A stretch of DNA of 64,000 nt, taken from assembly GCA_043755435.1 (NCBI GenBank), contig JAYUSZ010000181.1, forward strand, positions 3,228 to 67,227. The letters are read 5' to 3'. The position numbers and the translations under genes are program-made. Under the pieces are notes generated by a model that worked only from the letters and a program-made list of their open reading frames with translations, did not search any database and had not been told where the DNA came from. This document shows positions 17,085 to 25,726 of the stretch, one piece after another (the stretch's first letter is position 1; every line of letters begins with the position of its first letter). Source of the DNA: Bryobacterales bacterium. Lineage in GTDB: Bacteria > Acidobacteriota > Terriglobia > Bryobacterales > Bryobacteraceae.

Positions 17085-19382
17085 CTAGGGCAGGGAAAAT
17101 GTCAACAGAGTGGAATCGTTTGCAATCGCGATGAACTGCTTACCATCCACGGAATAGGACATCGGAGAACTGCGCATCGAAGCGCCAGTCTGGTAGTGCC
17201 ACAAAATCTTGCCGGAAATGGCATCGAGAGCAATGAAATTTCCCTCTTTCGATGCTGCAAATACTGCGCCTCCAGCCGTTGCCAGCACTCCCGCAGCATG
17301 GGAACCGATTTGGATTGGAGTGCTCCACTTCACGTCGCCGGTGGCCGGATCGAGGGCACGGATAAAGCCTTGCTCTCCTTGCTTTTCATCTTCCCGCTGG
17401 CCGCCGCCTGTATACGGTTGGCCTGGCTCGGGCCTCTTGATTACGCTTGTGTAAGTGGCACAAGTCTCTCGCACAGCAACATAGAAGAGCCCGGTTTTCT
17501 CGCTATAAGATGGCGCGGCGAAGTTAGCGGCACCCAATGCATCGGGGCAAACATAGTTCCCTTCAGGTGTGGGGTCGGTTCCTGGGATAACAATTGGATG
17601 GCCGCGAGCATCCAAACCCTTCGCCCAGGTTTGCTTTGCAAAGGCCTTGCCAGTAACAAACTCGCCTGTGATTCGGTCAATCGCATAATAGAACGCATTG
17701 CGATTGGCCATGATCAGCAACTTACGCATTTGTCCCTTCACCATTGCGTCAATTAACACCGGCGTTTCATTGGCATCCCAATCATGCACGTCGTGAGGAG
17801 TGTATTGGAAATACCATTTCAGCCGTCCGGTAGTAGGGTCAAGTGCCAACACGCTGCAGCTGTATAAGTTATCGCCAGCGCGCACAGTGCCTTCATAATC
17901 TGGGCCGGGGTTTCCTGTGGTCCAAAACAGTGTGTCGGTAGCGGCATCATAAGTTCCAGTCATCCAAGTTGGCGCGCCGCCATATTTTGCGGAATCTCCA
18001 GCCCAGCTTGCTCGATTCGGATCTCCAGGTTGTGCCACGGAGTGTGTGCGCCACAGCTTCTTGCCAGTAGTTGCGTCAAAGCCGTCCACCCAACCACTTA
18101 GTGCGCACTCGCCGGAAGTAACTCCTACAAAGACCTTGTTATTCACAACTAACGGAGCATGTGTAATGGAAAAGCCCTTGCGATAGTCTTCCACTTCAAC
18201 ATCCCAAATAACTGCGCCCGTTTTGGCATCAAGAGCAACCAGGTGGGCATCGAGAGTTGCAAGGTAAACGCGATCACCAAGAATTCCGACGCCACGATTC
18301 GTCATCACTGTGCAGTAATTGTGAACCTCCGGCAGGCGGCGTTTGTAGTCCCAAATCTTGCGGCCGTTGCGTGCATCAAGGGCAGCCATGTTGCTGCCAG
18401 GACCAGTGACGAACATTACTCCATCGGCGACAATGGGAACGGTTTCAATATTCGATGCACCGAACTGGTGCGACCAGGCACTTTGCAGGGAAGCCACATT
18501 GGATGGAGTAACTTGTGCTAGCCGGGAATAGTGGCGACCGTTAAGGTCCCCCCAATAAGTGAGCCAGTTATGAGGTTCGCTTGCCGCTTGCTTGATACGA
18601 GTGCTGGTAATGTTGAAATCGGCAGAGGGGGTCCATGGCATGGGTTCAGCCTTGCCGGTTTTTAGGAAGGCCAGAAGATCGGAAGTGACTGCGGCATCGA
18701 GGGTCATTTTGGGCATCAGCGATTGATGGGTTTGCTTCACTTCAGTAAGGGCAGACTTACTCAGCAACTGCAGCCGACCTGTTGTATCCATCATCTGTAA
18801 AGAGAAAGTGTCTTCGTTCTTTGCAACTCCAGTAAGCTTCCGGCCGTCTTTGAAAGTAACTTCAACGGTGCGATAGCCGCTGCGCAGCGCAGCACTCGGA
18901 TCTTCAATCGACTTGCGTAACTCGGCTACTTTACGTTCCGTGCCAGCATTGGTCAAATCGGGTCCCAGCCGTCCGCCGCGACCTTGAAACATATGGCAGT
19001 TTCCACACTTTGCTGAACCGAAAAATAGCGCTGCACCTGTTTCAGCATTCCCCGTTACCGCCTCATCCGGTTTACTGCTTTCAAGTGATCGCAGATAAGC
19101 CACAATGGCCTTTGTATCGTCATCAGGCATTGCGAAAGCAGGCATCTGCGTACCTGCAATCCCCTTGGCGATGTTGCGCGCAATGGCCTCATCACTGCCG
19201 CCGAATTTCCAATCACCACGCGTCAAATTTGGAGCGCGGCCGCCTTGAGCTTTGGCACCATGGCATGCTGTGCAGGATTTATCGAACAACCCTGCGCCTT
19301 TCTGAACGGCGGTTTCGTGAGGAGACTGAGCCAGCAGAGCAGTGGAAACAATCAGAAGGAATTGAGCAGGACGAGCACGCAT
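17085..19382 (-). CDS. PQQ-dependent dehydrogenase (beta-propeller) with two N-terminal c-type cytochrome domains
   Basis: Signal peptide, then two CxxCH motifs (CTACH, CGNCH). These are followed by a quinoprotein-dehydrogenase-like propeller (NWLTYWGDLNGRHYSRLAQVTPSNV, repeated W-containing blades). Confidence 0.85.
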   Translation of the reverse strand: MRARPAQFLLIVSTALLAQSPHETAVQKGAGLFDKSCTACHGAKAQGGRAPNLTRGDWKFGGSDEAIARNIAKGIAGTQMPAFAMPDDDTKAIVAYLRSLESSKPDEAVTGNAETGAALFFGSAKCGNCHMFQGRGGRLGPDLTNAGTERKVAELRKSIEDPSAALRSGYRTVEVTFKDGRKLTGVAKNEDTFSLQMMDTTGRLQLLSKSALTEVKQTHQSLMPKMTLDAAVTSDLLAFLKTGKAEPMPWTPSADFNITSTRIKQAASEPHNWLTYWGDLNGRHYSRLAQVTPSNVASLQSAWSHQFGASNIETVPIVADGVMFVTGPGSNMAALDARNGRKIWDYKRRLPEVHNYCTVMTNRGVGILGDRVYLATLDAHLVALDAKTGAVIWDVEVEDYRKGFSITHAPLVVNNKVFVGVTSGECALSGWVDGFDATTGKKLWRTHSVAQPGDPNRASWAGDSAKYGGAPTWMTGTYDAATDTLFWTTGNPGPDYEGTVRAGDNLYSCSVLALDPTTGRLKWYFQYTPHDVHDWDANETPVLIDAMVKGQMRKLLIMANRNAFYYAIDRITGEFVTGKAFAKQTWAKGLDARGHPIVIPGTDPTPEGNYVCPDALGAANFAAPSYSEKTGLFYVAVRETCATYTSVIKRPEPGQPYTGGGQREDEKQGEQGFIRALDPATGDVKWSTPIQIGSHAAGVLATAGGAVFAASKEGNFIALDAISGKILWHYQTGASMRSSPMSYSVDGKQFIAIANDSTLLTFSLP

Positions 19383-19411
19383 GAAGTGAATTCTATCGCA
19401 ACAACCATCTG

Positions 19412-20059
19412 CTAAGGTAACTCTTTCTCAATCCTGTTCAAAAGCCGTTCGACGAACCGAACGCCCTTATCTCCGGTGCGTTGCACGTGATACATCAGCC
19501 CGACTTGCTTGTAAAGCGACATTGCCTCGTGAAGATCGGCCATCACATCGTCGATAGGTCGAAAACGAACGGGCGAGCAACCCAGAACCATGTCCACTGA
19601 AATATCCAATCGCTGAAGTGATGTTCTGGGTCGGTACCTTCGATTGCCGGAAAAACACTGAAACCCCAACTCCTCCAAGAGTTGATGAGCAACTCCCGAT
19701 GTCTTGTTCCATGGCGGCACATATCCCACGATAGGTTCCCCAATGGCCTGTTGTAGAATCTGTTTCCCATGCTCCAATTCTTTGCTTATCAGACTTCGCT
19801 CTAAGTGACCTGGAAATTCATCGGAGTAGCCTGACGGCCGCGCGCGATTGATATGCGCATAGCCGTGCTGAAATACTGCAATGCCGGGGCGCTCACGAAA
19901 CATGCGTGAAGTTGCCGCTTCAAGGTGTTGTGGGATCACTGCCGCGATGGTTGGCAATTGCCGTTCCCGCAGCGTCCGCAACACGCCATGGACTGCGACA
20001 TCATCTGGACCCACGTCATCCAAACGATGGAACAAAGTCGATTGCAACAAATGTTTCAT
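19412..20059 (-). CDS. Polysaccharide-deacetylase-like protein (DUF2334-like)
   Basis: FHRLDDVGPD and QHGYAHIN motifs resemble the Asp and His metal/catalytic motifs of the CE4/DUF2334 fold. Start ATG 20059 forms an ATGA overlap with the upstream stop. Confidence 0.5.
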   Translation of the reverse strand: MKHLLQSTLFHRLDDVGPDDVAVHGVLRTLRERQLPTIAAVIPQHLEAATSRMFRERPGIAVFQHGYAHINRARPSGYSDEFPGHLERSLISKELEHGKQILQQAIGEPIVGYVPPWNKTSGVAHQLLEELGFQCFSGNRRYRPRTSLQRLDISVDMVLGCSPVRFRPIDDVMADLHEAMSLYKQVGLMYHVQRTGDKGVRFVERLLNRIEKELP

Positions 20060-20805
20060 CGCCGAAAAGCTCCCCCGCCACACTTGCCCATCAACCCTTC
20101 AGGACGTGAAACGCTGCGATAGTGAAATACAAAACTGGAAGGCACAAAGCCAGTGACCATCCCTGCCTTCTTCCATCGCTTTTGCAATTCAGTCTCATTG
20201 CCAACTAGCCGAAATCCAGGATCAAAAACGCAATGCCGGGAAAACGCACCCTGCCTCCATCGCTCTGTTTTAGCCATCATAAAAAAGCCGTTTATGGGTG
20301 CAGAAACCGCATCAGGTGCAGCTTTACGCAGCGCTCGTGCAATGGAATCGATCTGCTTTGGGGAATCAGTCACCGCCTCAGTATTAGACAAGTAGCATTG
20401 CACATCCTGGCCCGGGGCATCCCCCGGGGCGTTTGTTACTGGGCCCACTAAGTCGAATCCATTTTCCAAAGCATTAGCCAATGGTTCAAACCAATGCGGG
20501 GAAAATTGCACGTCGCTATTGGTGCAAACTGAATACTCCGCGCCGATCGATACAGCCTCGCGAAGCCCCGCATTCCAGGAACGCGTCAAGCCACCTCTTC
20601 TGGAAAATCGCAGCTTGTGGCAATCCGGCTCAGGCCAAGTTTTCCAATCAACCGCATCCCATTCGGGACTTGCATCATCCACCAACAGGTACTGTAGCGT
20701 GGCTCCTCGCACGGGGCAGCGCAACAGAGATTGCACTGCCCGGCGAGCATATTCAAAATGATTGAACGTGGGAATGATGACGCATACGGTTGGTGGCATA
20801 CTCAT
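20056..20805 (-). CDS. Family-2 glycosyltransferase
   Basis: VCVIIPTFNHFEYARRAVQSL...LVDDASPE (GT-A fold with DxD-type motif). Start ATG 20805 overlaps the upstream stop as ATGA. Confidence 0.8.
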   Translation of the reverse strand: MSMPPTVCVIIPTFNHFEYARRAVQSLLRCPVRGATLQYLLVDDASPEWDAVDWKTWPEPDCHKLRFSRRGGLTRSWNAGLREAVSIGAEYSVCTNSDVQFSPHWFEPLANALENGFDLVGPVTNAPGDAPGQDVQCYLSNTEAVTDSPKQIDSIARALRKAAPDAVSAPINGFFMMAKTERWRQGAFSRHCVFDPGFRLVGNETELQKRWKKAGMVTGFVPSSFVFHYRSVSRPEGLMGKCGGGAFRR

Positions 20806-21878
20806 CCAGCCTTTTGTCGCGCTTGCCAATAGGGTGCGCTGGGCCATCGTGTTTCAAGCTGATATTGTTCCAAGCAGCCTGCCAGGTAAGCATCATACGA
20901 TCGTTGCATCACATGGATGTAGGCTAGCTGCGCCTCCCTGTTTCCACTCAACATTTCGGCGGCCGCATGGGCTGCATAATATCCAGAGCCCATGGCCGCG
21001 CCGATGCCGTAGGACGACACCGGATCGTGAGCTGCGGCCGCGTCACCAACGGCTATCCATGCATCCCCAGCAATGGATTCCAATTGTTCGCTTCCTGCAG
21101 GCCAGACGCGCAATGGCCCATTCAAGCTTCCGCCATAAGCTTCCACTCTGGCAAGACTATGCGGTGCGGCGCGCATCAAGGTTAACCAACCTTCCTCTGT
21201 GCGTCCCTGCGTATACTCCGGCAAATCTGAATCAGTTAGGAAAATTACCGATAGTTTTCCGTCGCGAAGCAATCCCGAATACCACCAGCCAGCAGGTACG
21301 GTTTCAACCAATGTGAAGGTGTCTTCCATGCTGCCATTTCGAAAGTCGCCGGCAATTGCCAACTGCTTGTCGTGACGTGCCCGGACAATGCCCATGCCAC
21401 GAGCAATGGAAGCTCGTCGACCAGTAGCATCAATCACAAATTGAGCGGTGATCTGTTTGCCATCGACAATCAGCGACCACTGCTGATCCTCCCACCGGCA
21501 ACTGGTAACCGCCGTGCCGAAGTTCCACTGCGCACCACATTCCACAGCGGAACAAGCAAGCATCGCAGCAAACGCGCGCCGGTCCAATCGCCATCCCGAA
21601 CCGTTCTTGCGTAGGATCGCATCGAAATCATGAACTTCGTCAGATCCCCAAGCAGCGCGATTTCCATGCACGCGGGCATGTGGGCCTGCATTCAATTTTG
21701 CTTCCAGATTCAGCTTCCTGATGAGTGGAGCAAAATCCGCAGGCAGACAATCACCGACGTGGGATGGAGCTTCCGGCTCCCGTTCAAAAACAGCTACAGA
21801 AACGCCGCGGCTGGCAAGCACCATCGCCGCAACAGCACCAGCTGGACCACCGCCTGCGATGGCAACTTCCAGCTTCAT
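20802..21878 (-). CDS. FAD-dependent flavoprotein, LodB/GoxB-like (candidate CTQ-maturation enzyme)
   Basis: N-terminal dinucleotide-binding motif VAIAGGGPAGAVAAMVLASRGVSVAVFERE; halogenase/geranylgeranyl-reductase-like size (358 aa). It lies immediately downstream of the LodA-like gene and is ATGA-coupled to it. Confidence 0.65.
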   Translation of the reverse strand: MKLEVAIAGGGPAGAVAAMVLASRGVSVAVFEREPEAPSHVGDCLPADFAPLIRKLNLEAKLNAGPHARVHGNRAAWGSDEVHDFDAILRKNGSGWRLDRRAFAAMLACSAVECGAQWNFGTAVTSCRWEDQQWSLIVDGKQITAQFVIDATGRRASIARGMGIVRARHDKQLAIAGDFRNGSMEDTFTLVETVPAGWWYSGLLRDGKLSVIFLTDSDLPEYTQGRTEEGWLTLMRAAPHSLARVEAYGGSLNGPLRVWPAGSEQLESIAGDAWIAVGDAAAAHDPVSSYGIGAAMGSGYYAAHAAAEMLSGNREAQLAYIHVMQRSYDAYLAGCLEQYQLETRWPSAPYWQARQKAG

Positions 21879-23749
21879 GCTTTCGAACGGGGCTGTACAC
21901 GATTCAGAGCTTGAGTTGAGTGTGGAACTGGGGCTAGAAGGGGAGCTTCAGCATGTGTCAACTGATGCAACGAAGCATCGTGAACGCTGAACTTGTCCGA
22001 CCGGCCAATTTCCACCCACATTTCCGCAGGCATTCCCAAATCTGCGTGATCATCTGGTCCAAGTTGCCTGGTGACAATTCCTAACAAGTCCCACTCAGCA
22101 ATCATGTTGTTGATCCTGGTTTGAAAGCCTGCTTTCAAGTCACGCATCCAAAACAGCCGGTAATCAAAATGTTTTAGGCGCTGTGCTTTAGTAAGGGAAG
22201 TGTCCTTTGCCCGTTGATATCCATCCAGCGGGTAGACAGTGTTGGGCACCCGTGCAGGCCAATAAGCAGGCAAAGGTAAGTAAGTAGATTGATCGTAACC
22301 TGCAAGGCAACTTGCGGCATCAGTGTGCCAGGGAACTCCAGTCCATCGTGTTATGGATCCTGGCCCACTAGTCATCAGTGGACCACCAGGGTACATGCAA
22401 TGTGCGGGCCGAAGAATAGGACCATAGTCGTCAATTACAGGAGCACCCTCCGGGGCAACATTCAATCGGAAGGGAGCTTTCCACATGATTGCCGAACGGA
22501 ATATCCATGTTATTTCAATGCCTGGATGAAACGGCCCACCCAAACATTGTTCCAATGCTGAGCGGTCAAGCGCCGCCGTGCGATCGGCAATCGGCAGGTC
22601 TTCAAGAACGGCGGGTGTACTAAGAAACCCCGTCAAATCATTTTCAAAATCACCCAGGGACCAGCGTTCCAACCAATCGTGCTGGGTGTGAGTGATAGAC
22701 AAATACTGAAACGGGGTGTTTGGAAAATCACCATGCCCGTCTCCATACATCGGCGGCAGTTTTTCTGCTTGCACCTGCTGGCCGCTTGGGTCGCGGAAGT
22801 TGCTAAAAACAGTTTTCCGCAAACCCTCATTCGTTGGCGAAGGGTCAGCTAGTTTCAGCAGATTTTCCCGCAGCGTGAATTCGCTGGGTGAATTTGCACC
22901 AAACAGGAAATAGTAACCTTGGTTGACCCACTGTAGATCCACCATGCGATGCAGGATGGGGCGGATATGTTGGGTGAACATGATTTTCTTAACCGGTGGA
23001 ATCATGCCTTGTCGTGTATATAGATCAATCACTACGTCATACATGGTTACCGGCGAATCGATACCTGGGGCGAAGTTCGGCGGGGTCACCACAACTGTTG
23101 CGGGCTCGGCTTCAAAGGTGTGGTTGCCAACCGTGATGGTGGCGCGAACGGGCCCGTCGGAAGTATCGTCATACCAACCGTCGTTATTGGCAAATGTGGT
23201 GGCCGGTATCGAAGAGTGGTCGAACGCAGCACCTAAACCTCGGCCACCTAAAACTATCAGGCGTCCTTTATCGTCGGTACGCAATTCACCCAGATAAACC
23301 TTGATTCCTTCGCATTCGCCGGTATCGAATAGCTTGCCTTGTTGATCGATGCCGGAAATGGATCGGGGCCCAGGATCAATCACCAGCTTGGCCCGATCGG
23401 CACCCACATAGTTCATGTTTCGGAAAGTTGACTCCAGCGCGAAGTCTCCCAAATCCATTGCATTGTTAAATTGATACCAGGCGGATTTCCGATTGGCGAT
23501 GTGGACGCGCCAATCGATTTTCGCATCGGTGTCTGTGATCTCCTGAACTGCTTGTCCGTTGGCATCCAATCCGAAAACGCGAAACAGCGCAGCTTGACGC
23601 TTCACTCGGCCTTGGGCATCTTTGAATGGTGGAGGTGGGCTGTGACCGGGGAGATCCGGGGAAAGAAAAAACTCGTCTGGAGAATTGCCTACCCGGGCAA
23701 TTCCAATGCCCGGGTAGATGGCGTAGCTAACAACTGTATCTAGCACCAT
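21875..23749 (-). CDS. LodA/GoxA-family quinoprotein amino-acid oxidase homologue
   Basis: Blocks I recall as conserved in L-lysine epsilon-oxidase LodA: IYPGIGIARVGNS at the N-terminus, WRVHIANRKSAWYQF, DPGPRSISG, GRLIVLGGRG, NNDGWYDDTSDGPV, TPPNFAPGI, HPGIEITW, VPWHTDAASC and AYWPARVPN. AAGGA lies 9 nt upstream of ATG 23749. Confidence 0.7.
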   Translation of the reverse strand: MVLDTVVSYAIYPGIGIARVGNSPDEFFLSPDLPGHSPPPPFKDAQGRVKRQAALFRVFGLDANGQAVQEITDTDAKIDWRVHIANRKSAWYQFNNAMDLGDFALESTFRNMNYVGADRAKLVIDPGPRSISGIDQQGKLFDTGECEGIKVYLGELRTDDKGRLIVLGGRGLGAAFDHSSIPATTFANNDGWYDDTSDGPVRATITVGNHTFEAEPATVVVTPPNFAPGIDSPVTMYDVVIDLYTRQGMIPPVKKIMFTQHIRPILHRMVDLQWVNQGYYFLFGANSPSEFTLRENLLKLADPSPTNEGLRKTVFSNFRDPSGQQVQAEKLPPMYGDGHGDFPNTPFQYLSITHTQHDWLERWSLGDFENDLTGFLSTPAVLEDLPIADRTAALDRSALEQCLGGPFHPGIEITWIFRSAIMWKAPFRLNVAPEGAPVIDDYGPILRPAHCMYPGGPLMTSGPGSITRWTGVPWHTDAASCLAGYDQSTYLPLPAYWPARVPNTVYPLDGYQRAKDTSLTKAQRLKHFDYRLFWMRDLKAGFQTRINNMIAEWDLLGIVTRQLGPDDHADLGMPAEMWVEIGRSDKFSVHDASLHQLTHAEAPLLAPVPHSTQALNRVQPRSKA

Positions 23750-23761
23750 GAGATTGAATCC

Positions 23762-23989
23762 TTACTTCTTTTTCTTAGCGGCAACCTTCTTAACTACTTT
23801 CTTGCCAGGCTGTGTTCCCTTTGCTACAACTTTCTTCTTCGCTTTGCCACCAGGGGTTCCCTTAGCTACAACCTTCTTCTTCGCTTTACCGCCAGGAGTC
23901 CCCTTTGCTACGACCTTCTTCGCTTTACCACCAGGGGTTCCTTTTGCTACAACCTTCTTCTTTACTACTTTTTTCGTTGCTGATTTCAT
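23762..23989 (-). CDS. Lysine-rich repeat protein (histone-H1-like composition), 75 aa
   Basis: ATG 23989 with AAGGAG 7 nt upstream. The sequence is MKSATKKVVKKK(VVAKGTPGGKAKK[K])x3 VVAKGTQPGKKVVKKVAAKKKK, with 29 Lys of 75 residues and no acidic residue. The three full repeats differ only at synonymous third positions. Confidence 0.7.
   Translation of the reverse strand: MKSATKKVVKKKVVAKGTPGGKAKKVVAKGTPGGKAKKKVVAKGTPGGKAKKKVVAKGTQPGKKVVKKVAAKKKK
23798..23953 (-). repeat. 39/42-nt tandem repeat inside the Lys-rich ORF
   Basis: GTT GTA GCA AAA GGA ACC CCT GGT GGT AAA GCG AAG AAG and two further copies plus a partial fourth. Confidence 0.9.
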
Positions 23990-24011
23990 TCTGATTCTCC
24001 TTTTATTCCAG

Positions 24012-24959
24012 TCATCTTTTACGAGCGACCGGCTTACTCGTTGTCCGTCGGAATCGACGGAAAAACCATGCATCATCATGCACTCTACGTTCAGACCAGC
24101 GAGCCCGGCGCACCGCCGCGTCGCTATCTACTGTGAGTGCCAGTGCTGCAGAAAAACCTTCATACTCCTGCAGTGCGTCCACAACCTGTTTGAATCGGGT
24201 GGGTGCAAAGTGGATCATTGCCAACCGCAACCGGTTGTGAAGAATTGTGGCTGATTCAATCGGATAGGGTTGCTCAAGTTGGCGGAAGAAGTGCAGCACC
24301 TCCACCGAAGGCTCAATCCATTGTTCATAACCCAACAGCCACAACCGCATAAAGAACTCGTTATCCACTCCGCCGGAGCAAATCATGCCATCGTCGAACC
24401 CACCCACTTTTTCAAAAACGTCGCGGCGGATAGCTACGCAACATCCAGGCAGAATCGGCACACGAGTCGGGCGTCCTTTGGTTTCATCTACCCAGGCTGC
24501 ATTCAAGGCGTCGTCCTGCAGGTAAAGCCCAAAGCCACGCCACTCACGATTTTCAACGTCAATGATGGTTGGTGCCGCACCACCCACTGAAGGATCAGCA
24601 GCGCGCTCCAACAGTGGTTGCCACCAATTTTCCTGAAGCCAAATGTGAGCATCGCAAAAAATCAGAACCCTGCCTCGCGTATTCTTCGCTCCGAAGTTGC
24701 GAGCACCGGCTACACCAAGGCCAGAGGATCGCAATAGTTTTGCTGGTGCATGGCGGCTGTTCAGGAAGCGAGTTGACCCGTCCGTTGAACCATCATCCAC
24801 CACCAACATTTCGGTACTGGAAGGTAATGTGTCTCGCAAATTTTCCAATGTTTGGCGGAGATATGCACGCTCGTTGCGAGCGATCACCACTACACTCATG
24901 TCTATTTTGTTCGTGGAAGGGGGCATTTTCCTATTGAACTTGTAATGGGATAGTACCAT
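24012..24959 (-). CDS. Family-2 glycosyltransferase
   Basis: MSVVVIARNERAYLRQTLENL...MLVVDDGSTDGS. The true start may be ATG 24926 or 24899 rather than 24959. Confidence 0.8.
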   Translation of the reverse strand: MVLSHYKFNRKMPPSTNKIDMSVVVIARNERAYLRQTLENLRDTLPSSTEMLVVDDGSTDGSTRFLNSRHAPAKLLRSSGLGVAGARNFGAKNTRGRVLIFCDAHIWLQENWWQPLLERAADPSVGGAAPTIIDVENREWRGFGLYLQDDALNAAWVDETKGRPTRVPILPGCCVAIRRDVFEKVGGFDDGMICSGGVDNEFFMRLWLLGYEQWIEPSVEVLHFFRQLEQPYPIESATILHNRLRLAMIHFAPTRFKQVVDALQEYEGFSAALALTVDSDAAVRRARWSERRVHDDAWFFRRFRRTTSKPVARKR

Positions 24960-24985
24960 AGGTTTAGTTAAATTTCACCCAAATT

Positions 24986-25726
24986 ATGAGCAACGAGCTA
25001 ATTTCCTGCATCCTCGCTACGCGCAATCGCCAGCGATTCATTGAACAAGCGCTTCGATGCTTCGAAGCACAGACATATCGGAACAGCGAATTAATAGTCG
25101 TCGATGATGGAGACGAACCAGTGCGAAACGCATGCCTGGGCCGTCGAAACGTACGTTACATCGGCTTGCCAACGCCCACATTGACCGGTACGAAAATGAA
25201 CATTGGCATAGCAAGTGCCAGTGGCAACATACTGCAGAAGTACGATGACGATGATTATTATCATCCGAAATTTCTTGAGACTGCTATAGCGCACATGCCT
25301 GTCCGCGGGCGTGATCACGCGATTGTTGCCTGGGATTGTTTCCTTGGTCTTGAAGTGGGAGACCCACAGATTCGTTTTTCCGGACATGGTTGGAAGGTTG
25401 GTGGAACGCTTTCGTTTAGCCGCGCACTGTGGGAGAGAAAACCATTTCGCGATCTGCCGCGGTCGATTGATTCCTGGTTTCTGAAAGACCACAAAAAATC
25501 TGCGCGCGTGATTCCTGTATGCGCACCGCAGTATTACGTAGTGGTGCGGCATGGTAACAACACCTGGAAATATGTTGACTACGGCCGCCCCGTGGAAGAC
25601 TATTTCAAAGAGTTGGATGTGTGGCCGAAGCCCATTGAAAAAGTTGTGGCACGGCGTGATCGGGAATTCTATTTGTCGCTAGTGAATGCAGATAAGCCAA
25701 AGCGCACCCGGTGGATAAGAATATGA
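24986..25726 (+). CDS. Family-2 glycosyltransferase
   Basis: ISCILATRNRQRFIEQALRCFEAQTY...LIVVDDGDE. It is transcribed divergently from the minus-strand cluster. Confidence 0.75.
   Translation: MSNELISCILATRNRQRFIEQALRCFEAQTYRNSELIVVDDGDEPVRNACLGRRNVRYIGLPTPTLTGTKMNIGIASASGNILQKYDDDDYYHPKFLETAIAHMPVRGRDHAIVAWDCFLGLEVGDPQIRFSGHGWKVGGTLSFSRALWERKPFRDLPRSIDSWFLKDHKKSARVIPVCAPQYYVVVRHGNNTWKYVDYGRPVEDYFKELDVWPKPIEKVVARRDREFYLSLVNADKPKRTRWIRI

Noticed and set aside
20762-21316. 184-aa plus-strand ORF
   Set aside because: It is antisense to the LodB-like flavoprotein and GT2 genes. It is Arg/Pro/His-rich and has no motifs.
23748-24254. 168-aa plus-strand ORF with FATTFFFALPPGVP repeats
   Set aside because: It is antisense to the Lys-rich gene. 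The minus frame has a strong SD and purely synonymous repeat variation. The plus frame shows F/L replacements and crosses the end of the upstream GT2 gene.
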